A stretch of 64,000 nucleotides of DNA. Origin: Chromatiales bacterium. Lineage in GTDB: Bacteria > Pseudomonadota > Gammaproteobacteria > SZUA-140. The notes under the pieces are model-generated. The model saw nothing but the letters and a program-made list of their open reading frames with translations, searched no databases and had not been told where the DNA came from. Positions 40,463-49,450 of this stretch are shown here, piece after piece. Every line of letters begins with the position of its first letter. Position 1 is the first letter of the stretch. The DNA lies in NCBI GenBank assembly GCA_050486285.1, contig JBJHCZ010000015.1, positions 4,294-68,293 on the forward strand. Direction: 5' to 3'. A program made the translations under genes and the position numbers.

Positions 40463-41283
40463 TCTGTGCCTGCTGTCATGGAGTCACCCGACATCGGGTC
40501 GTTGACCAGGTGGACTGCATTTCTGTAGAAAGGAAAGTTCCTGAAACCGATTTCATACTGCTCTATTGCATGCACGGCAGCGCCGGGGAGTCTCAGCAGC
40601 AGGTAGATCATTTCTCCCTGGCGTACATTCATCCCGAGATCGTTGAAAGCGGCGGCCGCAACCCCGCTCATGGACAGTGAGCAGCCTGCAATCGCTTCAA
40701 GTTCCATTCTGTTTGTCTGTAACCACTGCAGCGAAGCGCACGAGGAAGTGACAGCGAGGTGCTGTAACGTCATTCTGACCGGAGTCGGACACTGAGGTTT
40801 GTGCGGGTCGAAGCCGGGAGGATGCCCGATAACGGGCCAGACATCGGCACGTTCAGACCGTTGCGGGGAGCTGAGGTTGCGCTTCCAGTCAGGCAGGTTG
40901 GTGCCGCAGAGATTCCAAAGTTCCATCGATAGCGCAACTTCTCGTGCTCCGCCCAGCTGTCCCGCTCCTGTGGCGAGCGCTGCCATCAGGCATGCGGCGC
41001 TGTCGGATCCGCCTACACCCCCATTCATTGCAGCCATTACGCTATGATCACGAGGGCCGGGGTTTGCGATTGCAATTGCCAGGTCTCGCAACAACTCGAC
41101 TTGTTGTTTGTCGGGCCGCTCACCCATGAATAGCAAGAAGAGGTATTCGATCCAATCCGCTTTTCCGAGCAGATCGCCGTATACATCGTAACCGTGACAG
41201 TAGCAAGCCGATGCAGAATAAGGGTCGCTGACCTCGGGCGTTTCACGCCATATCCGTGTTTTAATGGTTTCTTTGCTGGTCAC
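40459..41283 (-). CDS. Divergent citrate synthase/citryl-CoA lyase-fold protein A
   Basis: IKTRIW..HGYDVYGDLLG, FLLFMGERP, LGGA, PPGF, LLRLPGAAVHAIEQ; overlaps the next gene by 4 nt. Confidence 0.68.
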   Translation of the reverse strand: MTSKETIKTRIWRETPEVSDPYSASACYCHGYDVYGDLLGKADWIEYLFLLFMGERPDKQQVELLRDLAIAIANPGPRDHSVMAAMNGGVGGSDSAACLMAALATGAGQLGGAREVALSMELWNLCGTNLPDWKRNLSSPQRSERADVWPVIGHPPGFDPHKPQCPTPVRMTLQHLAVTSSCASLQWLQTNRMELEAIAGCSLSMSGVAAAAFNDLGMNVRQGEMIYLLLRLPGAAVHAIEQYEIGFRNFPFYRNAVHLVNDPMSGDSMTAGTD

Positions 41284-41290
41284 GGGATTA

Positions 41291-42337
41291 TCAATACTTG
41301 TGGCCGGTTATCAGGCTGTAATAGCCGTAGCCGGAGGATATGTCAATATTCGAAAAGCCGGCCTCGTCAAGCAGAGTAACCAGTTCCGGGCCAGTAAATT
41401 GCTTGCCTTCCGTCACCATCAACATAGCCAGAGAGTAGGCATTTCCTGTAACAGGACCGCATGCGTCGTCGTCGAGAAGAACTTCATTGAGAATGATGCG
41501 CCCACCGGGAATCAGGCTGTCTAATGCCTTGCGAGCAAGAGCAAGGCACATATCCCGATTCCAGTCATGAACGATGTCACTCATGAATATTGCATCAAAA
41601 CCCGTGGGCCATGAGTCACGAAACATGTCGAGTGGCAAGACTTCAATCCTGTCAGAAAGCCGATAGGTCTTGATATATTCCCTGGTATGGTGACAGACAG
41701 TTTCCAGGTCCATGACTACGCAAGTCATATCAGGATGTGTGGCTGCGAGAGAAATAGAATAACACCCGGAGCCGCCACCGACATCGAGCAGGCGGTTGAT
41801 ATTCTCGACACAGGGGGATCTTGCCAGCGCGATCGCAGAGGCAAACCCGTGGCTATGCATTTTTGCAGTGAAGCTCCTGGCCTGTTCCGGGGCAAGTGTT
41901 GAATCCTTCCACATATCCGTGAATCGCCTGCCAGACCCGCGGGCAGGGTGTGCCGCATCACCCCTGATCGCATCCATGATCATTGAATGACTGACCGGAT
42001 TGTCCTTGACTGTGTGAAGGACGCCGCCCCAGTAGTGAGGGCTGTCAGGTAACAGGTAGCTGCCTGAAAGATCGGTGATATGGAATTTTTTATTGTGTCT
42101 GGCAAGGAAACCCATTGCAGTAAGCATATTCAGTAATGCCTCGGCGGAGCGTTCACTCAATCCGAGGTCATTGGCAAGCTCGTTAGCGGTAGAAGGGGTT
42201 TCCCGGAGTCTCTGAAATATACCCAGCTCGTCGGCGACAGTAAGCGCGGGTAGTCTGAACCCTGACAACCAGATGTCCCAAAGCGGCCGGTTGTCTGTGG
42301 GCGGCAACGGCGGGAGGTTATGCTCCGGAGGCGACAT
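41291..42337 (-). CDS. SAM-dependent O-methyltransferase (COMT/HIOMT-like, dimerisation domain)
   Basis: LGIFQRL winged-helix N-terminus, LLDVGGGSG, MDL, DMF, IVHDW; start at 42337 (ATG) or 42349 (GTG). Confidence 0.9.
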   Translation of the reverse strand: MSPPEHNLPPLPPTDNRPLWDIWLSGFRLPALTVADELGIFQRLRETPSTANELANDLGLSERSAEALLNMLTAMGFLARHNKKFHITDLSGSYLLPDSPHYWGGVLHTVKDNPVSHSMIMDAIRGDAAHPARGSGRRFTDMWKDSTLAPEQARSFTAKMHSHGFASAIALARSPCVENINRLLDVGGGSGCYSISLAATHPDMTCVVMDLETVCHHTREYIKTYRLSDRIEVLPLDMFRDSWPTGFDAIFMSDIVHDWNRDMCLALARKALDSLIPGGRIILNEVLLDDDACGPVTGNAYSLAMLMVTEGKQFTGPELVTLLDEAGFSNIDISSGYGYYSLITGHKY

Positions 42338-42349
42338 GGAGAGATGCAC

Positions 42350-44269
42350 TCAGAACATGTGCAATTCAGTCACCAGCATCTGCATCCTTTCAGCCAGCGG
42401 TGGCACTTCATCGCCGTCGATATGGACATCGATCAGCGCCGGCGCCTGGCGGCGGCACAGGTGCGCGATGTCGATGTCGTCGAAGTCGGCCGCCGTCCTG
42501 ACGGTCCAGGCCTCGACGCCCATGCCGCGGGCGACGGCGGCATAGTCGACCGGCGGCAGTTCGTAACCGACGGGCTCGGCGTGCGCCAGTTGCTGGCCGT
42601 GGCGGACGGTGCCGAGCATCCGGTCGTTCAGGATGATGAAGAGGGTCTTGAGCCGGTGTTGCACCGCAGTCGTCAGTTCCTGGCCGCTCATCAGGTAGCT
42701 GCCGTCGCCGACGATGCAGACCACCGGCGCGCGCTGGTTGGCGATCGCGGTGCCGACGGCGGCGCCGATCGCCCAGCCCATCGAGGCGAAGCCCATGCTG
42801 GTGCGGAACCAGTCCAGGTCGCCCGCGCGTTGACCGTTCTCCGGATGCCAGGGGTGCAGATAGTGGATGCCCCACAGGAAGCTGTTGCCGATGTCGGCGA
42901 GGAAGCGGGTGTCCGGCGGGAATAGCCGCGACAGCTCGTACATCAGGCGCTGCGGGCGCAGAGGTTCCGAGTCCTCGATGTATTTGGCTTCGTCGGCGAG
43001 CGAGAAGCGACGGCTGAACAAGGGCGTGCCGTTGCCGTTGCGGCGCTCGCGCCTGCGCCGGTCGTTGCCGTCTTCGGAGCCCGCGACATGACCGCGGCGG
43101 TCGCGGTTGCGGCGGTCGAAGGTGACGACGTTCGGGTAGCAGGACAGCCGCTGGTTGCCCATGTCCCAGGGCGGCAGGCGTGTCACGCCCGAGCCGGACA
43201 GCACATCGATCAGGTCGCGGAACAGGGTCTCGATATCGCCGCAGACATGCAGGTCGGCGTTCTGCGAACGCACGAAGTGGCGGGCGAGGCTGTCGACGTG
43301 CACGAGTTTGCCGTCGAGCTTGCCGGAATGCAGCCAGCCCTGACCGGCCTGTTCATCGAGCGCGGAACCGGCGATCAGCACGAGGTCGGTCGAGGGGTGC
43401 AGCAGGCGCTCGGTCGCGCTGCGGTGGCCCGCGAGTCCGCACACGCCGCGGTAATGCGGATGGTAGGCGTCGATGAGGCCCTTGGCCTGCGGCGTCGTGA
43501 CGATGACCGCGCCGCGGCTCTCCGCGAATTCGAGCAGGGCTGCCATGGCATCGCGGCAGCCTTCGCCGACGACGACGACGATCTGGCCGGCGGCGCGGAC
43601 CCGGCGCGCAAGCAGATCGATGCGCTCGTGATCGGTCGTGCGCGGCTGGCGCATCAGCGAGGCGATATTGACCGGCCGCCCGCTGGCCTCCAGCGGCGAG
43701 CGCAGCAGGTCGAGCGGAATACTCAGGTGCGCCGGTCCACGAGCCTGGAAGGCCAGCGTGATCGCGGCGATGAGCTTGCGTTCGAGTTGCTTCAGGTGCG
43801 AGACCAGCGTGTTGTAATGCGTGCAGTGGTGCATCATCGCGACGGTATCGATCGCGGTGCACGAGGACTCCTGCACCGCGCCGTTGCCGAAGGTTTCGAG
43901 CGGCGTCTGCGCGGTGATGACGAGCATCGGCGTGTTGTCCTGGTAGGCGCTGGCGACGCCGGTGATCAGGTTGGTCGCGCCGGGCCCGGTGGTCGCGCAG
44001 CAGACCCCGAGGCGGCCGGTCTCGCGCGCGTAGCCGTCGGCCATGAAGGCGGCGCCGGCCTCGTGACGGGCGACGACCGGCGTGATGCGGCCGCGGCGCT
44101 GGCTGCGCGCAAGGGCGTTGTAGAGGGGTTCGATCGCGCCGCCGGGGACGCCGAAGACATGGTCGACGCCGATCTGTTCGAGGTAGCGGACGATCAGATC
44201 CGACGCTTCCGGAAACAGACCGGGCAGGGCTTCGGCGAAGGTCTGCGTGGCCTCGAGGGACTTCGTCAT
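42350..44269 (-). CDS. Thiamine-diphosphate-dependent enzyme (acetolactate synthase-like, ScyA-type carboligase candidate)
   Basis: FGVPGGAI, RHEAGAAFMADGYAR, TTGPGATN, GAVQESS, ADIGNS, SMGWAIG, GDGSYLM...LND. Confidence 0.9.
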   Translation of the reverse strand: MTKSLEATQTFAEALPGLFPEASDLIVRYLEQIGVDHVFGVPGGAIEPLYNALARSQRRGRITPVVARHEAGAAFMADGYARETGRLGVCCATTGPGATNLITGVASAYQDNTPMLVITAQTPLETFGNGAVQESSCTAIDTVAMMHHCTHYNTLVSHLKQLERKLIAAITLAFQARGPAHLSIPLDLLRSPLEASGRPVNIASLMRQPRTTDHERIDLLARRVRAAGQIVVVVGEGCRDAMAALLEFAESRGAVIVTTPQAKGLIDAYHPHYRGVCGLAGHRSATERLLHPSTDLVLIAGSALDEQAGQGWLHSGKLDGKLVHVDSLARHFVRSQNADLHVCGDIETLFRDLIDVLSGSGVTRLPPWDMGNQRLSCYPNVVTFDRRNRDRRGHVAGSEDGNDRRRRERRNGNGTPLFSRRFSLADEAKYIEDSEPLRPQRLMYELSRLFPPDTRFLADIGNSFLWGIHYLHPWHPENGQRAGDLDWFRTSMGFASMGWAIGAAVGTAIANQRAPVVCIVGDGSYLMSGQELTTAVQHRLKTLFIILNDRMLGTVRHGQQLAHAEPVGYELPPVDYAAVARGMGVEAWTVRTAADFDDIDIAHLCRRQAPALIDVHIDGDEVPPLAERMQMLVTELHMF

Positions 44270-44375
44270 GGAGCCCGTCCTGTGATTATTATTCGTATGT
44301 TGCCGATGTTATTTCCAGAACAAGGTCAACATTAAAACTTCGATTATTGAATTGCAAGAATATTGGGTCGATTGG

Positions 44376-45713
44376 TCATGGGGTCGTCGATTTATTGACG
44401 TCGATGCGGGCGAACAGATCATGATCATCGCTCGCGGTGATCTCGACCTGGATCAGGTCACCGACTGCGATGCCGTTCGCGTCGCCGACATGGACGAGTC
44501 CGTCGATGCCGGGGGCATCGGCATGACTGCGGCCGAGCGCGCGGCCCTCATCGACTTCATCGACGAGGACCTCGATGCGGCGGCCGACGAAGCGCCGCAG
44601 GCGCGCTGCGCTGATTGCGGCCTGCGCGGTCATGAAGCGCTCGAGACGTTCCTGCTTGATGGCCTCGGGGACGTGATCGGGCAGCGCGTTCGCGGCGGCG
44701 CCGTCGACCGGCGAATAGGCGAAGCAGCCGACGCGATCGAGTTCGGCCTCGTGGAGGAATGCGAGCAGGCGCTCGAAGTCATCGTCGGTCTCGCCGGGGA
44801 AGCCGACGATGAAGGTGCTGCGCAGCGTCAGGTCGGGGCACAGCGCGCGCCAGCGCCCGATGCGTTCGAGCACGTTTTCGCTGCTCGCCGGCCGCTTCAT
44901 CGCCTTGAGTATGCGCGGACTCGCGTGCTGGAACGGGACGTCGAGATAGGGCAGGATGCGGCCCTCGGCCATCAGCGGGATGACTTCATCGACGTGCGGG
45001 TACGGGTAGACGTAATGCAGTCGGACCCAGATGCCGAGTTCGCCGAGCGCCTGCGCCAGCTCGAGAAAGCGCGTGCGCAGCGGCCGGCCGTTCCAGAAGC
45101 CGGTGCGATAGCGCAGGTCCGCGCCGTAGGCGCTGGTGTCCTGCGAGATCACCAGCAGTTCGCGGACGCCGGCCTTTGCCAGGCTCTCGGCCTCGCTCAT
45201 GACCTCGCCGATCGGCCGGCTGACCAGATCGCCGCGCATCGACGGGATGATGCAGAAGGTGCAGCGGTGATTGCAGCCCTCGGAGATCTTCAGATAGGCG
45301 TAGTGACGCGGCGTCAGCTTGAGGCCGTGGTCGGGGATCAGGCTGGTCATCGGATCATGGACGGCGGGCAGATGCCGGTGGATCGCGCCCATGACCTCGT
45401 CGAGGGCATGCGGGCCGGTGACCGCGAGGACATCGGGATGGGTCTCGCGGATGATATCGCCGCGGGCGCCGAGGCAGCCGGTGACGATGACCCTGCCATT
45501 CTCCGCCAGCGCCTCGCCGATCGCGTCCAGCGATTCGTCGACGGCGTCGTCGATGAAGCCGCAGGTATTGACGACGACGAGGTCGGCCTCATCGTAGCCG
45601 GCGCCGATGCCGTAGCCCTCGGCGCGCAAGCGGGTGATGATGCGTTCGGAGTCGACCAGCGCCTTCGGGCAGCCGAGGCTGACGAAGCCGATTTTCGGTA
45701 TCGATTTGTTCAC
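44376..45713 (-). CDS. rimO: Ribosomal protein S12 methylthiotransferase
   Basis: [35 protein letters not shown] domain. Confidence 0.97.
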   Translation of the reverse strand: MNKSIPKIGFVSLGCPKALVDSERIITRLRAEGYGIGAGYDEADLVVVNTCGFIDDAVDESLDAIGEALAENGRVIVTGCLGARGDIIRETHPDVLAVTGPHALDEVMGAIHRHLPAVHDPMTSLIPDHGLKLTPRHYAYLKISEGCNHRCTFCIIPSMRGDLVSRPIGEVMSEAESLAKAGVRELLVISQDTSAYGADLRYRTGFWNGRPLRTRFLELAQALGELGIWVRLHYVYPYPHVDEVIPLMAEGRILPYLDVPFQHASPRILKAMKRPASSENVLERIGRWRALCPDLTLRSTFIVGFPGETDDDFERLLAFLHEAELDRVGCFAYSPVDGAAANALPDHVPEAIKQERLERFMTAQAAISAARLRRFVGRRIEVLVDEVDEGRALGRSHADAPGIDGLVHVGDANGIAVGDLIQVEITASDDHDLFARIDVNKSTTP

Positions 45714-45737
45714 GGAAGTTGCGTCAATCGTTGTCCG

Positions 45738-46922
45738 TCAATAGCCGACCAGTTCGACATAGCCGCGACCGCCGATGTCCCGGCCCTGGCGGCGGCCGCT
45801 GACGTCGACCGCGCCCTCCCAGTACGGAATCGACACGTCGAGTTCCTGCTGCGCGAGGATCGGGCGGACTTCGAGCTGGAGATCCTGCGCCGGCAGCGCC
45901 AGGCGCCAGCGCGCCGGGTAGACCGCGCCGCGCGGACTTTGCCAGAGGTCGAGCACGTCGAGGATCACCTCATCCGCGGCCAGCGTCACCGCGTTGCCGG
46001 CGGGGTCGGTCAGGGTGCCGCTGCTGAACGGGTCGATGGTGCCGTCGTCGCGGCGCAGCCGGTAGACCATCAGGTCGCTGCCGTCGTCGAGATGCAGCGC
46101 GAACCAGTCCCAGCCCTGCTGGTCGTCGGCGAGCGCGCTGGTACTCCATTCGCGATCGAGCCACGCAAGCCCGCGCACCGCATGGGTCTCGCCGCCGGCG
46201 CGGAGTATACCACGGGCATCGAGCCGGGTAAGGGCATAGTAATAGGACGCATTGCCGGGGGCGGCGCTCTTGCGGCTGAGTCCGTGTTCGCCGTTCAGCA
46301 CGACCGGCTTTTGCGGCCTGAGTTCGAGTTCGAACATCGCGTCGTCTTCGGCGGCGCGCAGGCGCCAGACGTCTTCCTGCGCATCGGTTTCGAGCGACCA
46401 GTCCTCGAGCCAGACCCGCAACGGCGCCGCTTCGGCGCCCGCCAGACCGGCGGCGCCGCGGGCGAAGCGCTCGTGATAATGAAACGCCTCGCGGGCGGGG
46501 TCGGTGATCGCGAAGTGCGCCATGTAGGCCTGGTTCGTGCCCCAGGCCGAGGCGCGCGGCGCGGCGTCGGGCGTCAGCGCCGCGCGGAAGATCACCCACT
46601 GAAAACCGAAGCGGCGGCCGTCCGCAGCTTCGAGATTGCCGGTGAAGTACCACCACTCGTTGCGGAAGTCGAGGTGGGGGCCGTGGTCGCGCGGAAACTC
46701 GAACGCGCGCGGGGCCATCGCCCGGGTGAAGCCGGCATCGGCGCCGTCGCCGCCAGATCCATTGCCGGCGCCGAGAATGCCGGACAGGTTGAAGGCCTCG
46801 CCGTTGCCGGATTCCGCCGGCGCGCGCTCTTCGAGCATTCGCGCCGGGATGATGATCAACGCGGCGATGATCGCGACGACCGCCAGGACGAGCAGGATTT
46901 TCAGCAACAGCTGCATGATCAT
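45738..46922 (-). CDS. Lipocalin-like/CrtC-like (AttH-type) secreted protein
   Basis: FPRDHGPH, EWWYFTGNL, WLDREWS, GWDWF, YWEGAV, GYVELVGY; ATGA overlap with the permease gene. Confidence 0.85.
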   Translation of the reverse strand: MIMQLLLKILLVLAVVAIIAALIIIPARMLEERAPAESGNGEAFNLSGILGAGNGSGGDGADAGFTRAMAPRAFEFPRDHGPHLDFRNEWWYFTGNLEAADGRRFGFQWVIFRAALTPDAAPRASAWGTNQAYMAHFAITDPAREAFHYHERFARGAAGLAGAEAAPLRVWLEDWSLETDAQEDVWRLRAAEDDAMFELELRPQKPVVLNGEHGLSRKSAAPGNASYYYALTRLDARGILRAGGETHAVRGLAWLDREWSTSALADDQQGWDWFALHLDDGSDLMVYRLRRDDGTIDPFSSGTLTDPAGNAVTLAADEVILDVLDLWQSPRGAVYPARWRLALPAQDLQLEVRPILAQQELDVSIPYWEGAVDVSGRRQGRDIGGRGYVELVGY

Positions 46923-49450
46923 TCCTCGCGCAATACCGCGCCGGGCGGCAGTCGGCTCATTTTCCATGCCGGGTAGAGGCCGGCGATCACTGCGGACAGC
47001 ACCGCAGTCAGTACACCGGCGGCGATGACCTCGGGCGACACCACGGTCTGCATCGTCCAGCCGAAGGCGCGCTCGTTGATGACATGGATGAGCAGCACGG
47101 CGAGCAGCAGGCCGGTCGGGATCGCGATCAGCCCGGCGATCATGCCCATCATCCCGGTCTGCAGCGTGACCATGCCATAGACCTGTCCCGGTGTGAAGCC
47201 GAGGGCGCGCAGTACGCCGATCTCGACGGCGCGTTCGAGCTGGAGCGCCATCAGCGCGCTCAGGATGCCGATGGCCGCGACGCCGACCGCGAGCAGGCGC
47301 AGGACCTCGGTGATGGTGAAGGTGCGATCGAAAATGCCGAGCGACAGTTCGCGCAGCTCGAGGTTCGAGCGCAGGTTGACCGCGCTGGCGGGGCCGGCGG
47401 CGATCTCGGCGCGGACGGCGCGCATCGCCTCATCGACCGTGACGCCCGCAGCGAGGTACAGCCCGAGGCCGCCGATGCCGGGGTCGTCGAAAAATCGCTC
47501 GTAGAGACTGCGCGGCATCAGGATTTCACCCTGCGACGAACTGTAGTCGACATAGATCCCGGCAACCGGAAACGGGCGCGGCCCGTCGGCGGTGCGCAGT
47601 TCGACCCGGTCACCGGGCGCGAGCGACCGCCGCCAGGCCATCGGTTCGGACACCAGCACCGCCTCGCCGCGCTCGAATGCGGGCCAGACCTCGTCGGGAC
47701 GCGCGTCCCTGAGCGGGTAGCGGGGCTTGAGTCCCGGCGACAGACCGAGGACGAAGACATCGGTATAACCGTCCCGGTCCTCGAGGCTGACGCTGCGCCC
47801 GGTCGAATGCGCGCGAAAGTGCGGCAACGCGAGGATGCGCCCGATCAGCTCCGGATCGAGCGCGCCGGCGGCGCGACGACTGCCGAGTCCGGGCGCGGAT
47901 ACGTAGATGTCGGCCTGCAGCGAGGCCTCGAGCCAGTCGGCGACGGAGGTGCGGAAGCTGTCGATCATCAGGCCGACGCCGATCGTCGTCGCGACCGCCA
48001 GCATCAGCGCGGCGAGCGCGACACCGGTGCGGCTCAGCGAGTCGCTGATGCCGCGTACCGCATGACGCAGCGCGACGCCGAAGGGGGCGAGGACGCGGCC
48101 GGCCAGACGGCTGATCAGGCCCGTGAACAGCGGCGTCAGGAAGGTCATGCCGAGGATGACGAGAAACAGCCCGGCAAAGCCGGCAAGCAGCGAGCGGGAA
48201 GACAGCGTGATCAACAGCAGCGCGGCGGCGAGCGCGAGCAGGCCGGCCAGCGCGAGCCTCGGCGTCAGCCGATGGCTCTTCGCCTCGAGCGTCGAGCGGT
48301 GCAGGGCGGCGCGCGGCGAGGTCAGTGCGGCCTCGAGCGCGGGCGTCAGCGCGGCAGCCAGCGTCGCGCCGATACCAAGCAGCGCGGCGATGATGAAGGT
48401 CGCCGGCGCAAACTGCGGCGCGGTCACTGTCACGACGAAATAGAGATCGTTGATCGTGCGCGTCACCAGCGCCAGCAGGGATTGTCCGAGCAGTACGCCG
48501 GCGGCCAGGCCGATCAGCGTGCCGGCGGCGCCGATCGCGAGCGCCTCGGCCAGCACGCCCGTCATTACTTCACCGCGGGTCACGCCGATCAGGCGCTGGC
48601 GCGCGATCACGCCGCGGCGTTGCACGACTGCGAAGGCCATCGTGTTATAGATGAGGAACATCCCGACGACCAGCGCGAGCAGGCTCATCGCGGTCAGGTT
48701 GATGTGAAAGGCGCGGCTCATGCCGGCGAGCGATTCCGCGCGCGCGTCCGCGGGGACGATCACGGCGTCCTGCGGCAGCAGCGCCTCGATCCGTGTCCGC
48801 TGGCGTTCCCCCGCCGCGCCTTCCGCCAGCCTGAGGTCGATCCAGCCGAGCCGCCCGATCATGCCGGTCAGTTCCTGCGCGGTCGCGAGATCGGTGATCA
48901 GCAGGCCGTCGATCGCCGCGTCACCGCCGTCGCCGGCCTCGATCAGACCGATGATGCTCAGGGTCTGCAGGCGACCGCCGATGCGCATCGGCAGGCTGTC
49001 GCCGATGTCGATGCCGAGGCGCCGCGCGGTCGGCGCGGCGAGAAAGGCCGTGTCCGGGCGGGCGATCAGATCGCTGTTGTTGGCGCCCCGCACATTGCCG
49101 AGGGTGTCGCGGAATTGCCCCTCCGCGAGCGCGTCGACGCCGAGCAGGCGCAGCGTCTCGCCGGCGGCGAGACCGTGCGCCTCGAGCATCGGCGCATTCG
49201 CGCGCAGGCCGGACAGGCGAAGGCGGGTGTACAGGCGTTCATCGAGACCGGCCGGGCCGCCGACGATCTGGTGGGTCGCGTCGCCGGCGATGCTATCCAT
49301 CGACAATGCGAATGCGCGTTTCGCGCTGCTGTTCGCGATATCGACCGCCGTGATCACCGCGACGCCGAGTGCGATGCCGGTGATCGCGAGCAGCAGTTGC
49401 CAGGGATGGCGGAGAAAATGGCGCAGCGAGGCGCGCAGCAGCAGGCTCAA
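46919..49450 (-). CDS. FtsX/MacB-like ABC permease (duplicated)
   Basis: GIALGVAV, two permease halves, IGVLRALG, LYPAW. Confidence 0.9.
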   Translation of the reverse strand: MSLLLRASLRHFLRHPWQLLLAITGIALGVAVITAVDIANSSAKRAFALSMDSIAGDATHQIVGGPAGLDERLYTRLRLSGLRANAPMLEAHGLAAGETLRLLGVDALAEGQFRDTLGNVRGANNSDLIARPDTAFLAAPTARRLGIDIGDSLPMRIGGRLQTLSIIGLIEAGDGGDAAIDGLLITDLATAQELTGMIGRLGWIDLRLAEGAAGERQRTRIEALLPQDAVIVPADARAESLAGMSRAFHINLTAMSLLALVVGMFLIYNTMAFAVVQRRGVIARQRLIGVTRGEVMTGVLAEALAIGAAGTLIGLAAGVLLGQSLLALVTRTINDLYFVVTVTAPQFAPATFIIAALLGIGATLAAALTPALEAALTSPRAALHRSTLEAKSHRLTPRLALAGLLALAAALLLITLSSRSLLAGFAGLFLVILGMTFLTPLFTGLISRLAGRVLAPFGVALRHAVRGISDSLSRTGVALAALMLAVATTIGVGLMIDSFRTSVADWLEASLQADIYVSAPGLGSRRAAGALDPELIGRILALPHFRAHSTGRSVSLEDRDGYTDVFVLGLSPGLKPRYPLRDARPDEVWPAFERGEAVLVSEPMAWRRSLAPGDRVELRTADGPRPFPVAGIYVDYSSSQGEILMPRSLYERFFDDPGIGGLGLYLAAGVTVDEAMRAVRAEIAAGPASAVNLRSNLELRELSLGIFDRTFTITEVLRLLAVGVAAIGILSALMALQLERAVEIGVLRALGFTPGQVYGMVTLQTGMMGMIAGLIAIPTGLLLAVLLIHVINERAFGWTMQTVVSPEVIAAGVLTAVLSAVIAGLYPAWKMSRLPPGAVLREE

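Noticed and set aside
42350-44269. Housekeeping acetolactate synthase ilvB/ilvI
   Set aside because: No small regulatory subunit or ilvC is adjacent, it carries GAVQESS/ADIGNS variants and an extra insertion, and it is tightly linked to a methyltransferase gene.
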